Below, one piece after another: positions 23,981-37,960 of a stretch of 64,000 nucleotides of DNA. Each line of letters begins with the position of its first letter. The stretch's first letter is position 1. Origin of the DNA: Sphyrna mokarran. Its lineage: Eukaryota. The position numbers and the translations under genes were made by a program. The notes under the pieces were generated by a model. It did not search any database, was not told where the DNA came from, and worked only from the letters and a program-made list of their open reading frames with translations. The stretch is taken from the NCBI GenBank assembly GCA_024679065.1, contig JAGIQG010000004.1, positions 32,550,001-32,614,000 on the forward strand, written 5' to 3'.

Positions 23981-26900
23981 CAAATATTGCCCCTGGAATG
24001 GGACACAAAGGTTGGACTTAGTGGCAAGTGTACTACCAGAGTCATAGCTGACACATAACTAATTTTTCACTTAGCACAGTCTCTCTACTGCATCCGTTGA
24101 ATTCGCAGCCCCATGATTTTCTGTCCATTAAAATTAATAAACAGAAAATTGTTGCGAATTTCTTGATACCACCTCTCAGTGCAGTGATTTTCTCAGGAAG
24201 CACCCAAGATTTGACATTTTTGTATGGCAGCATAATCACATTGGTTCTTCCAACATGTTGCGCCATAGAATGACAGAGCAGTGGAACACTGAGAGCTTGT
24301 CAGTGAGATTGGAAACTTGATATCTAATGAACGCATTGATGAGAAGTTGGGCACTTTGTCACAAGGAGAAACTAAAGGTCAGCAAGGCCAGTGTGTATAG
24401 CTTTCATCGTCTACTAACAGCAGTACAATAAGGCTATTGGCAGAAGACTGTCAGAACTTATCATTGTAAATTGTTATCTGACAATGATGAACAGAGGGTT
24501 CAGAGAAGCAATGTCCCAGCAACTCTATTTTGCCAGTGGTGGGGACCAATGTGTTCACCTTGTGTCATTAATTTGTTTCAGAGTTCCATGGGGACAATCA
24601 TAAAAATGACTTGGTGCCCTGTGTACAGCTGCAGTCTACACTGAACAAACATATTGACCAAGACAGCAGCTCATTACATCTGTTCTCCATGAACAGAGGA
24701 ACAGCAGCAAACACAACATGACTTTCTTGAGACTGCCAGCTTCGGGATTCTACTGGTTCTATTTTTCTGAGATAGCCAAGTTTGCACATTGGGATTGTTG
24801 CATGACAAACCCTCCTTTTGATCTTTAATACTGAGCTTCATCTGGCTCATCACCTTCTCATGGCACGAAGCCCACTGCATGAGCTGGGTAAACAGCAGGA
24901 AGAGCTCTTTGGCAGCCCGTCTCCAGCTTATCCCTTTGGGATTGCAACAGTGCTGTGTGATATTAGTGAGAGGCACATTAATCTGCTCATCTGAAACTCT
25001 TCTCACTACAATTGAAGACGTTAATCCACACGTTGTAAATGTGTCAATGCCTTTCCTAAAATAATGGAGTAAGAAATGTCATACAAATGTGCTTTTTGCT
25101 GATATCACATCTGGATTTCATTCACTGAGTGCTGTCAACGAGATCATTTATAAACAAAAAAAAATCAGTAAATTAATGTCTATAATGTGGTTCTCCACAC
25201 AAAACTCTTTTAGACCCATCAGAAATGTAACTGGTGCAGCGCACCATTTTTCACACTTCAAGCTGCCTGGTCTTGCATAATTGTCACTTCATAGCTGTGA
25301 AACATCTTAGATTTCTGACAAAACGAGTGAGCCCATTCATCCCTCAAAACAATTGCATTTTAATAGACTGGTGATTTCGAGTTATTTTCATTTAAAACTG
25401 TCACTGACATGCATCAAAACTATTTATAAGCATAAATTCTTGTCAATCATGGCAAACTGTAGTTTCAGTCAAGTGCTCCTTGCAATCACTGTAACTAATG
25501 ACTGCTCCAGGTTTACATATTTTTTGGCAACCTGCAAGTGCTCATTTTCCACACAAAATGTCTAGAAATCAGAAGCATCCTTTTTCTGGATGACAAGTAT
25601 ACTCACTAAATTTAAATCAACAGATTTGAACCAAATCCCCATAAAACACACAGGTAACAATTACACCATCCATAATTTCGAATAGTATCTAAAGAGCTTT
25701 GGTACATTCTGGGAAACCTACACAGAATCATTTTGTGCTGATGTGCCTTCCTCAGCTGTTTGTAAAAAGGTTGCATTGTCATAACTCATGCACTGATTTG
25801 TAATGCATGCATCTAATTTAATAATAAGGGCAGAAATGGAATAGTCAATCAGATCATTCTCACTAAAACCATGTTTTTTCTTTACTCCTACTTATTCAGT
25901 ACTCGCGCAGCCCACACAGCACTATTTTCTCACAAGGCAGCTGGTGGGAGACCTGTTCCTGAACTCTGCAAATCACAAATGTCAGGGGATATATGAGAAC
26001 AGCCCAGATTGAACTGCACACAGATTTTCTCCCTCAGTTGGTTAGATCGACTAATTTGCCATATGGCCCACAAGTGTGAACTTGTAACTGAGCGTTTTTA
26101 TAGACTGATATCCTACCTGGTGAGTCACTAAGTTATAGCCTGCAACAGGTTTCTTACTGTGCTGTAGCTTTTATTTCAGTTCATTATTTGGGACTTGGGT
26201 ATTGTTGGCTGGGCTAGCATTTATTGCCTATCTATGGGAGCAGTTAAGAGTCAGCCATATTGCCATAGGCCTGGGGTCATTTGTAGGCCAGGCTTGATAA
26301 GAATGGCTGATTTTCTTCCCTAGAGATCCTTGGTGAACTAGATGGGTTTTTACAACAATTGACAATGATTTTATGGTCATCATTAGACTTTTAATTCCTG
26401 ATTTTTTTTTAAATTGAATTCAAATTTCACTAGCTGTCATAATGGGATTTGAACTTGGGTCCGTGGAGCATTACACCAGGTCTCTGAATTGCTAGCTCAG
26501 AGAGAATACCATTACTCCACTGCCTCCTTCTTGGCTCAGTTGAAGCTCTTCTCACTTCCCAATTACGAGGCACTAATTTGTTCATCGGTTTTCAGGCAGT
26601 ACTTGAACATGCAGCTACAGAAACCAGATTCCCAGTGCATTTTTTCAGCTGTACTGATGTCCTGGCATATTTTCCCCTAGTTATCAAAAATACCTGCTTG
26701 AATATGAGCAGATGTACTTAACCAAAGCAGGAACAGCATGATGCTGATGCTCCAGGTCACATTTTTCATTATCAGTGCCTGCTCTGGATTTAAACATTGT
26801 CTGCAGACAGCCAGAATCGAGGAATGCTGAGGACTATAAAATTTGGAAAGTGAGGCAAACAAAATGCTGCCGGACTTTCTGAGGAAGATTAAAGAACATG

Positions 26901-27112
26901 TTTTCATTTGAACATCTGTCTGATCTTTAAGCTGCTGCCAGAATTGAAATCCTAAAGCAGCAGCTAGTCCTCCCGCTCCTTGTTTGGAAATTCCTTCCCG
27001 AAAACACGCAATTTAACACACCCTGGAAAATGTGCCTGGGTTTTGCATCAAGCACACCAGATGGTGAGGGGGTGGTGGTGGGGTGCAGAGGTGAGATCAT
27101 GGCCACCTCAAC

Positions 27113-27318
27113 TTGCAGTAGCAGCTACACTCACAAGAAATAGCTTGGCTTGGTGGTTCGTGTACTTTGAGATTTCTGCAGATTAACTAGGTTAACCTTG
27201 CCAATATGGCAGTAGACAGTTACATTGTCAGACATGCTACATTACAGAGGAGATGTTAAATCTGCAATCTGTCCCAAAACTTCAAGTGGATGCTAAGTCC
27301 TATTTGAATAAGAGCAGG
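27113..27318. repeat. Diverged ~200-bp duplicate, copy 1 (partner 28579-28782)
   Basis: Shared blocks AGCAGCTA, CAAGAAATAGC, TGTACTTTG, CAGATTAAC, ATGGCAGTAG.CAGTTA.ATTGTCAGA, TCAAGTGGATGCT. Confidence 0.85.
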
Positions 27319-27751
27319 TATTTTGTCCAAGACTTTGGCCGACATTTCTCTCTCAACCCAAACCACAAAAAAAAACTGACCGGTGATTTATATGATTGCT
27401 ACTTGTGGGATGTTGTTGTGTACAAAAAGGCTGCTGAAGGTGCCTACATAAATATCCATTAGCTTTCAATCTTAAGGTTGCTAGTTTTAAAATAGTTCAG
27501 GTAACTGGGGATTTTTCATTGTAGAAATACAGACTTTGAGAAGCAGTGACTGAGATATTTTAAACCAATGAAAAGAAATAGATTAAGAAGCACAGATCTT
27601 TTAAAATGGTTAGGCAGGGCTATACTAAGAACATTGGTACAAAGTATTGAATCAGACACCAGCTAGTGATCCTATTTGCAGAGAGCTAATGTGAATGGAG
27701 AAAATGTCAAATTATAAAAATGTAGGGGGTGTTTAGTGTTACTTGTGACAC

Positions 27752-28090
27752 TGGCCGACCAGGTGGCACAGTGGTTAGCACTACTGCCTCACAGCACCAG
27801 GGACCTGGGTTCGATTCATGGCTTGGGTCACTGTGTGGAGCTTGTACATTCTACGTGTACATTCTGCCTGGGTTTTCTTTGGTGCTCAGGTTTCCTAACA
27901 CAGTCCAAAGATGTGCAGATTAGGTGCATTGACCATGTTAAATTGCCCTTTAGTGCTCAGGGATGTGTAGGTTAGCAGGGTACACATGTGGGGTTACAGG
28001 GATAGGGCCTAGGTGGGATTGTTGTCAGTGCAGACTCGATGGGCCGAAGGTCCTTCTTCTGCACTGTAGGGTTTCTATAATTTCTATGAT
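27752..28090 (+). mobile_element. V-SINE type A
   Basis: GGTGGCACAGTGGTTAGCAC head; GTGCAGACTCGATGGGCCGAAGG...TTCTATGA tail. Confidence 0.9.
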
Positions 28091-28578
28091 CAGCTTAGCT
28101 TCCTTAATGTGCTTGATCAGCTTTAGAATCTGAAACATTGGTTAGGGAGAGAGAATGAAATCAGTTGCAATGTTTAAGAAAGGGACTTTTCCAGCCCCAT
28201 CATGGTGGCAGCCAGCATGAGAGATTTGGCCAAAAATTCATTCACTTTCAACGGGACTGGATGATTTCAGCACGGGCAAGGCTGGAAAATCCCACCCTGT
28301 GTTTCTCGTGTTTAACTGAGGAAAACCGTAGCTCATCCAAGACTAGGTGACATTGGAAAAGCAGTCTAATGGTGCAGAAAGAGTGACCAAGTTAAGAGAG
28401 GTGATGGAGAGGTATGACTGGATGTATTAGTCATATCTACATGAACAAGAAATGTACACCAAGCACCGATCCTTCAGGGACATTGGGGGTCATCCTATAG
28501 AGCTGGGAAAAGAAAGCTTTGCTACAGATGTTCTAGATATAGAAAAGGGCAGAAGCCACAGAATATATGAGGTGTGCA

Positions 28579-28782
28579 TTCCAACAGCAGCTATACTTGC
28601 AAGAAATAGCCTGGCCTCATGGTTGATGTACTTTGCCATTTCCACAGATTAACAAAGTTAATCTCTCCAATGGCAGTAGTCAGTTATATTGTCAGAAGTG
28701 CTGTAATATAGTCAAGATGCTAAACCTGCAGTCTGCCCCAGAACATCAAGTGGATGCTCAGCACCATTTGAACAGAAACAAG
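28579..28782. repeat. Diverged ~200-bp duplicate, copy 2
   Basis: Colinear with 27113-27318. Confidence 0.85.
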
Positions 28783-28904
28783 AAGCAAATAGTTCCACAA
28801 GTGTTCAAAGTAATAGTCTCCATTTCTTAAAATAGCAGGAATATGTTTGAATTCTTTCAAAGAATTCATTTAGTTTTGTCTTAGACAAGTATAGTGTCTC
28901 AAAC

Positions 28905-29875
28905 CCAGAACTTAGAAGGACAAAGGTAGCAGATAAGTGGGAACACCACCACCAGCAATTTCCCCTCCAAAGTACTCACCATCCTGACTTGGAAATATAC
29001 CGCTGTTCCTTCACAGTCACTGGGTCAAAGTCCTGGAATTCCCTCCCTAATGGTGAAGTAGGGAAAAGGTGAATGCATTTTGTACCTGAAGGGAAAGGGT
29101 TAATGGATTCTGTACCTAGAATATGTCACAAACATAACTTTTCATCATGACTGATCTTCTCACTCTTACACTGCTCCTGGCAGTAATATAAGTTATTTGA
29201 TCATGTGTTACATGCTTTAACTCTCATTTTTTTATAAAGACAGAGAGTTTAATGTGCTGTTACTTCGTAGACTTTTCAAATCTTACCTGTTTATATTAGT
29301 TGGATATTGTTACACAGATGGAGTTTACGATACTGGCTTTTGACAGCTGCTGATGGCAGATAGCAATACCGGCTTTTAACAGGAAAACTCCCACTGGGAC
29401 AGCCACGATCGCACAAGTAACTTCAAAGACAGGAATGCCGGTATTGCTGCAGAAAGGTTTTGAATCGTAATTGTGTGTCATGATTACAGCTGCCAGCTGG
29501 ACTGTAATTCCTCATTAACTCTGGGGCTGCATCACAACCCAGGGAGGAAGACCCGAAGGTCTGGCCGGAAATAGAACTTTGAATAGTGATTGACACTAAG
29601 AGTCATGATGTATAAATGCCCATTTGTGTTTGTGTTCTTTGAGAAGTCTGTAGTCCTATTTCTCCCAAGGCTCTGGAATAGACCCCAGAGTTTTGAAATA
29701 AAAACCACTGTATTTTGACTCACTAACAGTCCGAGGTATTATTTTATCTACAACAGTATGTAGACTGCAGTGATTCAAGAAGGCAGCTAACTGCCACTTT
29801 CTCAAGGGCAACTAGGGATGGGCAATAAATGCTGGCCAGCCAGTGACGCCCATGTCCTACAAATAATTTAAAAAA
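28905..29875 (+). mobile_element. CR1/L2-group LINE 3' end, split by a ~700-bp insert
   Basis: ...GTCCTGGAATTCCCTCCCTAA | insert | GACTGCAGTGATTCAAGAAGGCAGC...GGGATGGGCAATAAATGCTGGCC. Confidence 0.75.
29054..29755 (+). mobile_element. Candidate solo LTR
   Basis: TG...CA ends with imperfect inverted repeat (TGAAGTAGGGAAAA / TTTTATCTACAACA), TATAAA at 29611, AATAAA at 29697; interrupts a LINE tail; no clean TSD. Confidence 0.6.
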
Positions 29876-29979
29876 CCTCAAGACGAAGACTGTGCCAGAT
29901 TTCAGATCTCACTCAATTTCCGGTAAGGCAATTCAGCCCATGAGTGGTGTGGGTCAAGAATTGCTCAGAACATAATCAT

Positions 29980-30120
29980 AACAGCTCTGATGAAGGATCA
30001 TCCAGATTTGAAATGTTGGCTCTGTTCTCGGTCTGCAGATGCTGTCAGACCTGCTGAGAATTTCCAGCATTTTTCGGTTTTTATTTCAGATGCCAGCGTC
30101 CACCATATTTTGCCTTTATT
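29980..30120 (+). mobile_element. Solo Penelope-like terminal repeat (same family as 7840-7972) with CpG-decayed hammerhead
   Basis: AGCT-CTGATGA-A-GGATC-ATCCA-GATTT-GAAA-TGTT-GGCT then AGATGCTGTCAGACCTGCTGAG. Confidence 0.75.
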
Positions 30121-31863
30121 CTGGTTAGTGAGTATAATTGGCTTTGCTGACAAACTGAAGGAATTGACTGGTGGCTGAATGATTTCATCTATATGTTCAT
30201 TGCCGTTATGCCTCTCCTCTGGAGTTGACATGGTCAGTTATGAACTCACGGCTACCCTCCCCCTTCATCTCCACATTTCAATGGATCCTGCAGCCCATGT
30301 TTATTGGATACCCATGCAAAGCATGAGCTCAGGCTTCATCTCCCAGTATTCTCCAAGAAAACAGAAGCCCAGTAGCCGAGGAATGCAACCTCAGGATGGG
30401 TAAATCCAAAACTTGACTTTCTTCCTGTCTCAGTGCTGAATCCTCTCCCCTTCAGGGCCTAACTCTCCCCTCCTACCCTTCTAAAGGATGTTGCCTCTCC
30501 CGCCTCCTCAGCATCTTTCCTTCCTCTGTTGTGTCATCTCTCTAACTTCTTGCCCCCCCCCCACTCTGCCTCTGCTCCCTGTCATCTCTGTCCCAGTCAC
30601 CAGTATTTCTCTCTCGCCTCTCAGCCCATTGCCTGTGACCACCTTCAAACTCAGAGAACCTGTTGGTGCCATCCCAGCACCCCTTCATCTATCCCCCCCG
30701 CCACCTGAAGATACTTTGCTGGTGTCCCCTCTCCCTTTCAAATGCACTCTCTCCCATGATTTTCAGCAGCGGCCCATGTCAAATTGCGTGCTTACCTCCA
30801 AATGTCCCTCGGAGATAAGCTTGCCAAGTTCCTGATTTTAAAATCTGTCATACATAGCGCCATCATAACATCATGGCACCATGGGCTGATTTTCCATTGT
30901 GGGGAGGGGGGGGTAATATTTGCTATGGAGAGACCCAATAATATGTTGGGTGTATACAGATAGGGTTTCTAACGTTGTGTAGTGAGAACTCTGTTAAGTC
31001 ATTGGCTGGGAAAGGGAACAAACGCTATCAGAAATTCCACTGGTACAAATCGTGTTTTAAGACTGTTATGATATTTTACTCCCCCGTCACCATTTATACT
31101 CACTGCAAACAGGGGCACAAAATGCCAACAAATATGTCGGCACCACTGCATTAACATTTAATAATCTGTTACCTCGATACAAGTGCATTAGGCAATAGTA
31201 ATCTGTTCCTGCAATTTCTGCCTCAGACTGCAATTTTATTCTCGTGTACTGTAACAATGCTTTGCAATTTAGACTATTATTGCATTGCATCGTATTCAAT
31301 TGCTGAAATTGGATCAATCTTACAGCATTGCAACAGGTTAGATTTATCTGCTATATTGAATTCTCTAAACTAATTTATTCAGCGCAAAAATAATATTCTT
31401 GAAAGTATCAATCAGCAAATAATCGGTGACCTCGGTGTTGTATTGACTGCTTATACTAGAGCTAGTCCCAAATTAATCAGCTCTTTGTATACTGGAGCAC
31501 AACCATGTTATATTTATTTAAACCTGAATCATTGTGTTTCCCTGCACAATAGAATTACTTAATTAGATGCATAATGGGAGTCTAGTTCACTCTCATGCTC
31601 AAGATTTCACAGTATTAAGGAGAAATGGATGCTTGTAGCGTGGGTAATCTCAAAAATTCTTGATATAAAATACATCATTTTCAACCAATGTATTTTGTTG
31701 TATTGGGACTAAGAGAAAAGTCACTTTGCAACATCTTTGACAGAGCAGACAGAATGACTATATTATTCACACAAGGTCATATTCAGTCAGTCTCACAATC
31801 CCTTATGTGAAGAGAAAATGAATCCAAAAATTCCAATGGCGTGAACAATCACCTGAACATCCT

Positions 31864-34167
31864 AGGCCAGCATTTTCAAAGATATTAGAACACTTACGTT
31901 GGGATTTACCGGCCATGCTCACCCCAAGACCGGAAAATTCCACCTTAGGTCAATGGACATTTGCGTGGTCCTGTCCTGCTTGCAATGACAGTTGGGATGG
32001 GAAGTTTCTGCTCTTGGTCTCCAAAGGGAGAATTCCATGCTCAGTCCCGTGGCATTGGGAATGGGGAGTGTTTGCCACTAGGAAGGCCGGCGGGAAAACA
32101 CGCCAAATCTTCTGGCCCCAACCTCTTTAATTATGCACCCAGGTGCTTTACATTGTATTCAGCAGCAGTGCATAGTCTGCCATCATGTCCGGCTGCCATT
32201 TTGAAATGGCGCCAACATCACTGATTCACTTTACAAGGAAGAAGGTGGACCCCCTGAAAATAAAGCTAGATATCCAGGAGCATGCCTGAGAGCAAAGGTG
32301 GACCAGGAACGTTGAGGCTGGAAGATGGAACCTCCAGGACACTGACTCTGGAAGGTCCACCTGCTGATGCTGCCTCCAACCACTGTGGTGTTCCTAAGTC
32401 CAGGATTGCTGATGGTCTCCATCCCAGACTCCAGAGACATCGCCATGCATTGTTCAGAAGTCCCGACACCTGTAGCTACATTTTATAAATGTATTTCAAG
32501 CCAACATGTTTTCCCACTGGCATCACTAAGAATCTAGGAGTCAGGTCTTCATCAAATGGGATTCAAGTCGGTTTTTCAAGGACTTTCCTCTTTCCATGGT
32601 CAGCATCAATGGAAAATCCCATGGTAAATTTAACCAGCCTGTAAGCGATTTCTAGGCCTCCTAGCAAACTCTCCCCCAAAACCCACCGTCAAACCCCCCA
32701 GTGGGGATTTGGGAGAATTCTGCCTTAATCTGTAGAATATTAATCCATTCTCTACATTTTGCTGTTTTAACTGAGTTGGCACTAAACTGAAGTCACAGAA
32801 ACAAAAATATAAAATCAGAAACAATTAGCAGCCAAAATAAATGCATAACTACCAAAGCACAAAAACCATGTTAAGAACTTGCTAGTGATAGTCAAAAAAT
32901 ATCACATTGGTCCCGAGACAGTGGGCTGAATGTTGTCAGTGAGGATGAAGTCTCACGAGTCAGAAAGTCTATCACAGACTGGCATCAACCTTATTTGCAT
33001 ACAATTTATGAAGATCTGACTTCCAATGCTAGATATTTCGCAAGGTCAGAGGAGCAGGATGGAGTAATGTGGCATGCAGGACCCAGGGTGATATACTTCC
33101 AGCAGCAGCCAATAAAGGATAGCAGCCCATCGCAAAGTCCGCTGGTCAAATCAAAGAGCTGGCGACTCAGCAGCCTCCACAGCTGGGGCAGCCACTGCTG
33201 AGGCTGCTGCCCAGGGAGAAGCATCTTTGGAGAGCAGATAAGCGTGTCAGGGCAAGCCAGACTCAGGTAGACAACCCAGCTCTTGAAGGGAATGGATCAC
33301 AGTGCACTGGCAGCATCATCACTATGGAGATAGCCATTGCCACATGAAGTTTCCTTTACGCACCGTGGAGTTTCCATGCAGAACTCATTGGAAAATGGTT
33401 AGTTTTTACCCAGGAAGAGCCGTCATGATCCTTTGTCTTCCATTTGCCTTCCATCATTCAACTGCCTTATCTACCTCCTTGTCCCTTTGCCTGCCAACAT
33501 ACCCTCTTGCCCTTCCCCATCCTGGTCCTGGCACAGCCCTCCTTCCACATTGCCCTCCTTGTCGTTTCACACCCACCTCCAGTCGAACTTCAGTCCATTG
33601 GAGTGGAGACTGCACAAGCCCCACAGCACCATGCTGTTCAGACAGAAGCAGGTGTAGCATTTGGAGCAGGAGAGCCCTGAACTCCCAAACCCTGGGCACA
33701 ATACTGATCTGAGTTGGTGAAATAGGGGATTCATGGGTTCAGCAGCACAGTGCCATCCATCAAGACTAGCTCAGCATGGAGTTGGAGGATAGGAACCAGA
33801 CTGCCCCAGCAAAACAGAGTTCAGTCTTTCAGGAACATGCAATGCCATGGCAGGTACGCTATATATGCTGTACTCACCTCAAAGGCTCATTCTTGTTTAC
33901 ATCTCAAAGAGTTTGAGACTGATATAATTCCTGCTGGCGTGACACAAGATTGGAAGGCATGACAAGTTTCTGGCAGGCAGCTATGAGATGCAATTGAATG
34001 CAAATTATCTTCACGCTGCCAGGGAGTGAGAGAATCAACCCGCCATTGGGAGAACTTCAAACTCTTTTTATGCCGACAGATTTCTGACTTTTCAGCTCCT
34101 GTTGGGTTCTCTGCTCCCGCCTGTCCACCACCAAACCCATCATAGACGGGATGGGAGAATTCCGCCC
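31864..34167. mobile_element. Cluster of Harbinger-type non-autonomous elements and MITEs
   Basis: Repeated GG(C/G)..(G/A)ATT(T/C)T and GAATTC..CC termini at about 31864, 31900, 32119, 32724, 32922 and 34167; GC-richer interiors. Confidence 0.45.
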
Positions 34168-35164
34168 TTACTCTTCTTTTCTGTCCCTTCTGTTCAGCAG
34201 AAATAGATGTCAACTGCTCATATCCCTGCTACTCTGACAGCTGAACTTCTCCTGGCTGATACCCTTTAGGTTTTGGAGCCCGTGAGAGTGCCATCAAAGA
34301 CTGCTCCAACTGCAGTGATGCAGAGTAGGCACTGCCATCAGCAGAAGAGGCAGCATGCAGAGTGCTGTTTTGGGGAAGGATAAGCTGGGTGTGCAATCGA
34401 AGTATTTTGAGTGCAGTCCCCAGTTACATGATTCCTTTTTCCAGCTTTTAGAATCCACAGTGGCCAAAAGACAAAAAGATCTGTTTTTTGGTGACAAGAA
34501 ATTATATAATTATAGCAATTTTTATGATTTGTTGTGAAACACAAAAGCTTGTAGGCCATTTCAAGTAGGTGGAATTATTAGACTTCAAGTGGGCAGAAAC
34601 ATTATTGTTCTCTTAATTTACCTTCTCCTATCGTCAAGACTGTGGACTAATACATTTGTATCAAAATATAAATGTGACCTCAGTATTTCATGCAGTTAGT
34701 GTGCGTAATGCAGATTGAATCCACACTAACAAAGCCTGACTTCACTAGATTATGTACACAGGAAATGAAGCAAAGGGCTACGGCAAGGCTTTGCAAACTA
34801 TTTTCCAATGTGGCCCCATGTTAACTCACTATGTCATGTCTTCTCAAAGACAACTGGGGATGGGGAACTGTCCTGGCCCATCAGAATAGACAGCACATAA
34901 ACTTCGCGCTGTATTGGATGATTTCAGTCTGCAGCCCAACATGACTTGCTGCTAAGGCTGGCAGCACATACAACTAGGAGCCAAACGTAGTGCAATGTGA
35001 GCAAGGGCTCCAACTTTTAAAGGCAAGAGGCTGTTGACTATCACTGCCACAAATGGAGAGAATGGAATGGATTTAAGGCTTATGAATATCTCCAACTATT
35101 CAGCTATGGCAAGTACAGCATGGCAAAATAGTTCAACATGATGTTCTACCCGCCTTCTTGCAGG

Positions 35165-35455
35165 TAAAGTTTAAGTTTATTTATTTGTATTATAAATAGG
35201 TTTACATTAACACTGCAATGAAGTTACTGTGAAAATCCCTTAGTTGCCACACTCCAATGCTTGTTGGGAGAATTTAGCATGGCCAATGCACCTAACCAAT
35301 ACATCTTTCGGACTATGGGAGGAAACTGGAACACCTGTGGGTGGGATCCATATAGTCACAGAGAGAACAAGCAGACTCTGCACAAATAGTGCTCCAAGCC
35401 AGGAAACGAACCTAGGTCCCTGGCGCTGTGAGGCAGCAGTGCTAATTGCTGTGCC
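35165..35455 (-). mobile_element. V-SINE type B
   Basis: AAAGTTTAAGTTTATTTATT...TTACATTAACACTGCAATGAAGTTACTGTGAAAATCCC, V-domain, head. Confidence 0.85.
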
Positions 35456-35814
35456 AAAGTTGAACTACAGAGAATGCCTTTGTTCTTTGTGCCCAATAGA
35501 TGAGATACTGTTCAATATTATGGAACAGACTGGAACACAGCCTATAGCATTTGGCATCACCAAGAGTATTCATGCTATATTCCTGTCTAATGCTCCATTC
35601 TCAACCTCCATTTCACCGTCATCTGAGTCATCTGGCATGAAGTCTATTTTGAGTTTTGAAATGCAACATTCTTACATGTTGTATCTAGCTTGTTGTAGTC
35701 ATGTGATTACTGCCACAAGGGTTCCTCTACAAGCAACTATTTTACGTGTTCAATAAAGACTTTATACTAAGGAACACTGAAATTTTGAACTCAAAATAAA
35801 GTCCTAAGTTGCTG

Positions 35815-36075
35815 ATTGTGTGATCATGGACTTATTGCTCTCCCTTCTATCCCTGTACCCCTATATATTTATTCTGCTAATCCCCCTGACACTAAGGAGC
35901 AATTTAGCACGGTCATTCAATCTAATCCACACATCTTTGGACGGTTGGAGGAAACCAGAGCACCTGAAGGAAATCCACACAGATATGGGGAAAATGTATG
36001 CGCTCCGCACGAACAGTGATCCAAGCTGGGAATTGAACCTGGCTCTCTGTGAGCAGCAGTGAAACACTGTGCCAC
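35815..36075 (-). mobile_element. V-SINE type A fragment
   Basis: CCCCCTGACACTAAGG..CAATTTAGCA, V-domain, GGGAATTGAACC. Confidence 0.8.
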
Positions 36076-37317
36076 ATGATCACCCCAGCTGCATTCTCTA
36101 TGTATGCACAACTGCACAATAAAGGGGCCATGCATTTAAACAAATCACTCAAGCACTCTAAAGAAAGAAAGGAGATATTGGTCATGACTAACCAGCCAAT
36201 CCAGAGGGAAATAATAGCTCATTTGTTCGAACCCCAGAGGGTGAGGTCACAGACTAGTTCTGCTACAGGGGCTTCAAATAAGGGGCTTTGATGGTGTAGA
36301 GTAGGACAATATTGAAGAATATGCACATCGAAACCAGACTTCTGTCAGGGAGCAGGGGGGTGCCCAGCTCCCTGGCATCACACAGAGCTTAGAATCCATT
36401 TGCTCCAGTGTGAAAGTGGTGATCAGCTCTGCAACAGCACCTACTGAATCAGCTGTGTTATAGCATTGAACAGCCGCTGTCTCAGATTCCAACACAGCAC
36501 AGGCAGAAGCCATCGCAATGATAATGGAAAGGCAGGCAAATATCATGAGAAGCTTGCTTGCTGCCATGCAGATTCAGGATGTTGCTGTCATGGTTATAGA
36601 TCTCTGTGCTCAAAAGGGTCATGAAGGTTCTCTCAGAGGTGCTGTCCACCAAGAGATTACGAGCATTGCTGAGGAGTAGCTCATGAACTGCGAGTGGCCT
36701 CAAGAAACCCCAAATCTGCTGAATCCTCAGAATGACAGCATTTCTGCTTTTATCATTGTCACTTTGCCAGCATCTTTGGTGTTGCCTCTCAGGCAGACAG
36801 TCCAGATCGCTGCCACCCATGCCAGTCAGTGAAGACAGGTCTTTAAAACCCAGAGACACCTCCTGCAGCCCCCAATGAAGGTCAGCAGTCATGTTGCAGC
36901 CACTGGGATAATACTGCTTGGAAGCACAAAGCCAGGTAAAATACACACGCAAGGCAGTTCTAACACAATGCATGAGTATAAATAGTTCTTTCATTTGTTT
37001 AATTGCATGTGTTGTTCAATGAGGATGTTAATGGAAAGATTTTTGTTGGATATCAAGGGACCCCTGTGATAGGCCACCTCAGAGTGATAGAATGGTGAGC
37101 AACAGTCCATGGTATAAACTGAAGCCTGAGCTGGTGTTGGTAGGCAACACAGCTGAGTGAATGATTCCAGGATGCATTCTCCTTGCCTCTTCCTCCTCCT
37201 TTTGATGTGGCCTTCAGATTCCTGGTAGCAATTGTCTACACCCCCAGTGATGGCAGTGTTATGGAGGATGCAGCAGACTACTATGAATTCAAATGGCCAT
37301 TTCTTTTTGTATCAAAG

Positions 37318-37665
37318 AGAATCATGGAATAGAATCATAGAATCCCTATAGTGTGGAAGAGGCCATTCAGCTCATTGAAACTGCGCCAACTCTCTGACAG
37401 AACATTTTAACCATGTCCTCTACTCTGGCCCATTCCCATAACCCATTCAACTAACCTACACACCTTGGGACACTAAGGGGCAACTTAGATGGCCAATCCA
37501 CCTAACCTGTACATCTTTGGACTATGGGAGAAAACCGGAGCATCCGGAGAAAACCTACGCAGAACAGGGAGAATGTACAAACTCTGCACAGTTACCCTAG
37601 GCCAGAATTGAACCCAGATCCCTAGAGGTATGAGGCAGCACTGCTAACTACTGGACCATGGTGCC
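37318..37665 (-). mobile_element. V-SINE type A nested in Harbinger remnant
   Basis: AGAATCATAGAATCCC tail, V-domain, head. Confidence 0.9.
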
Positions 37666-37960
37666 ATCCCCAGAAAAATTCCAAGCATCAGAGGCATTGA
37701 TTATGCACAACAATGGTCAGATCAATGATGCTCTTGGTTGTTCCAATTTACTCCCGCTAGCTTCATCTGATCAAGTGGTTGGGGGAGTCATCAACCATGG
37801 ATACAGGAAGTAGGTTACTTCTTGAGCAGCACCCTGTGATTGTGCTTGAAAGGGCTATGAATAGCCTAGCTGCCTGATTCAGAATGAAGGCATCGTAGTT
37901 GCGATCAGGAATATGGGTATACGTCAACATGATGTACTGTGCATGGTTACCTACAAACTG

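Noticed and set aside
23985-25330. Possible decayed DNA transposon
   Set aside because: A MITE-like palindrome lies near 24115-24150, but no convincing TIR pair or protein motif was found
25900-26119. Strong acceptor (TTATTCAG) and donor (CTG|GTGAGT) pair
   Set aside because: All three frames contain stops; a non-coding exon cannot be supported from sequence alone
26670-26740. SYQKYLLEYEQ, resembling the end of an ARID domain
   Set aside because: No upstream ARID similarity and a stop nearby; likely chance
27760-27830. tRNA gene-like box A/box B sequences (here and in other SINE heads)
   Set aside because: They run straight into the V-domain and do not form a full cloverleaf; they are SINE heads
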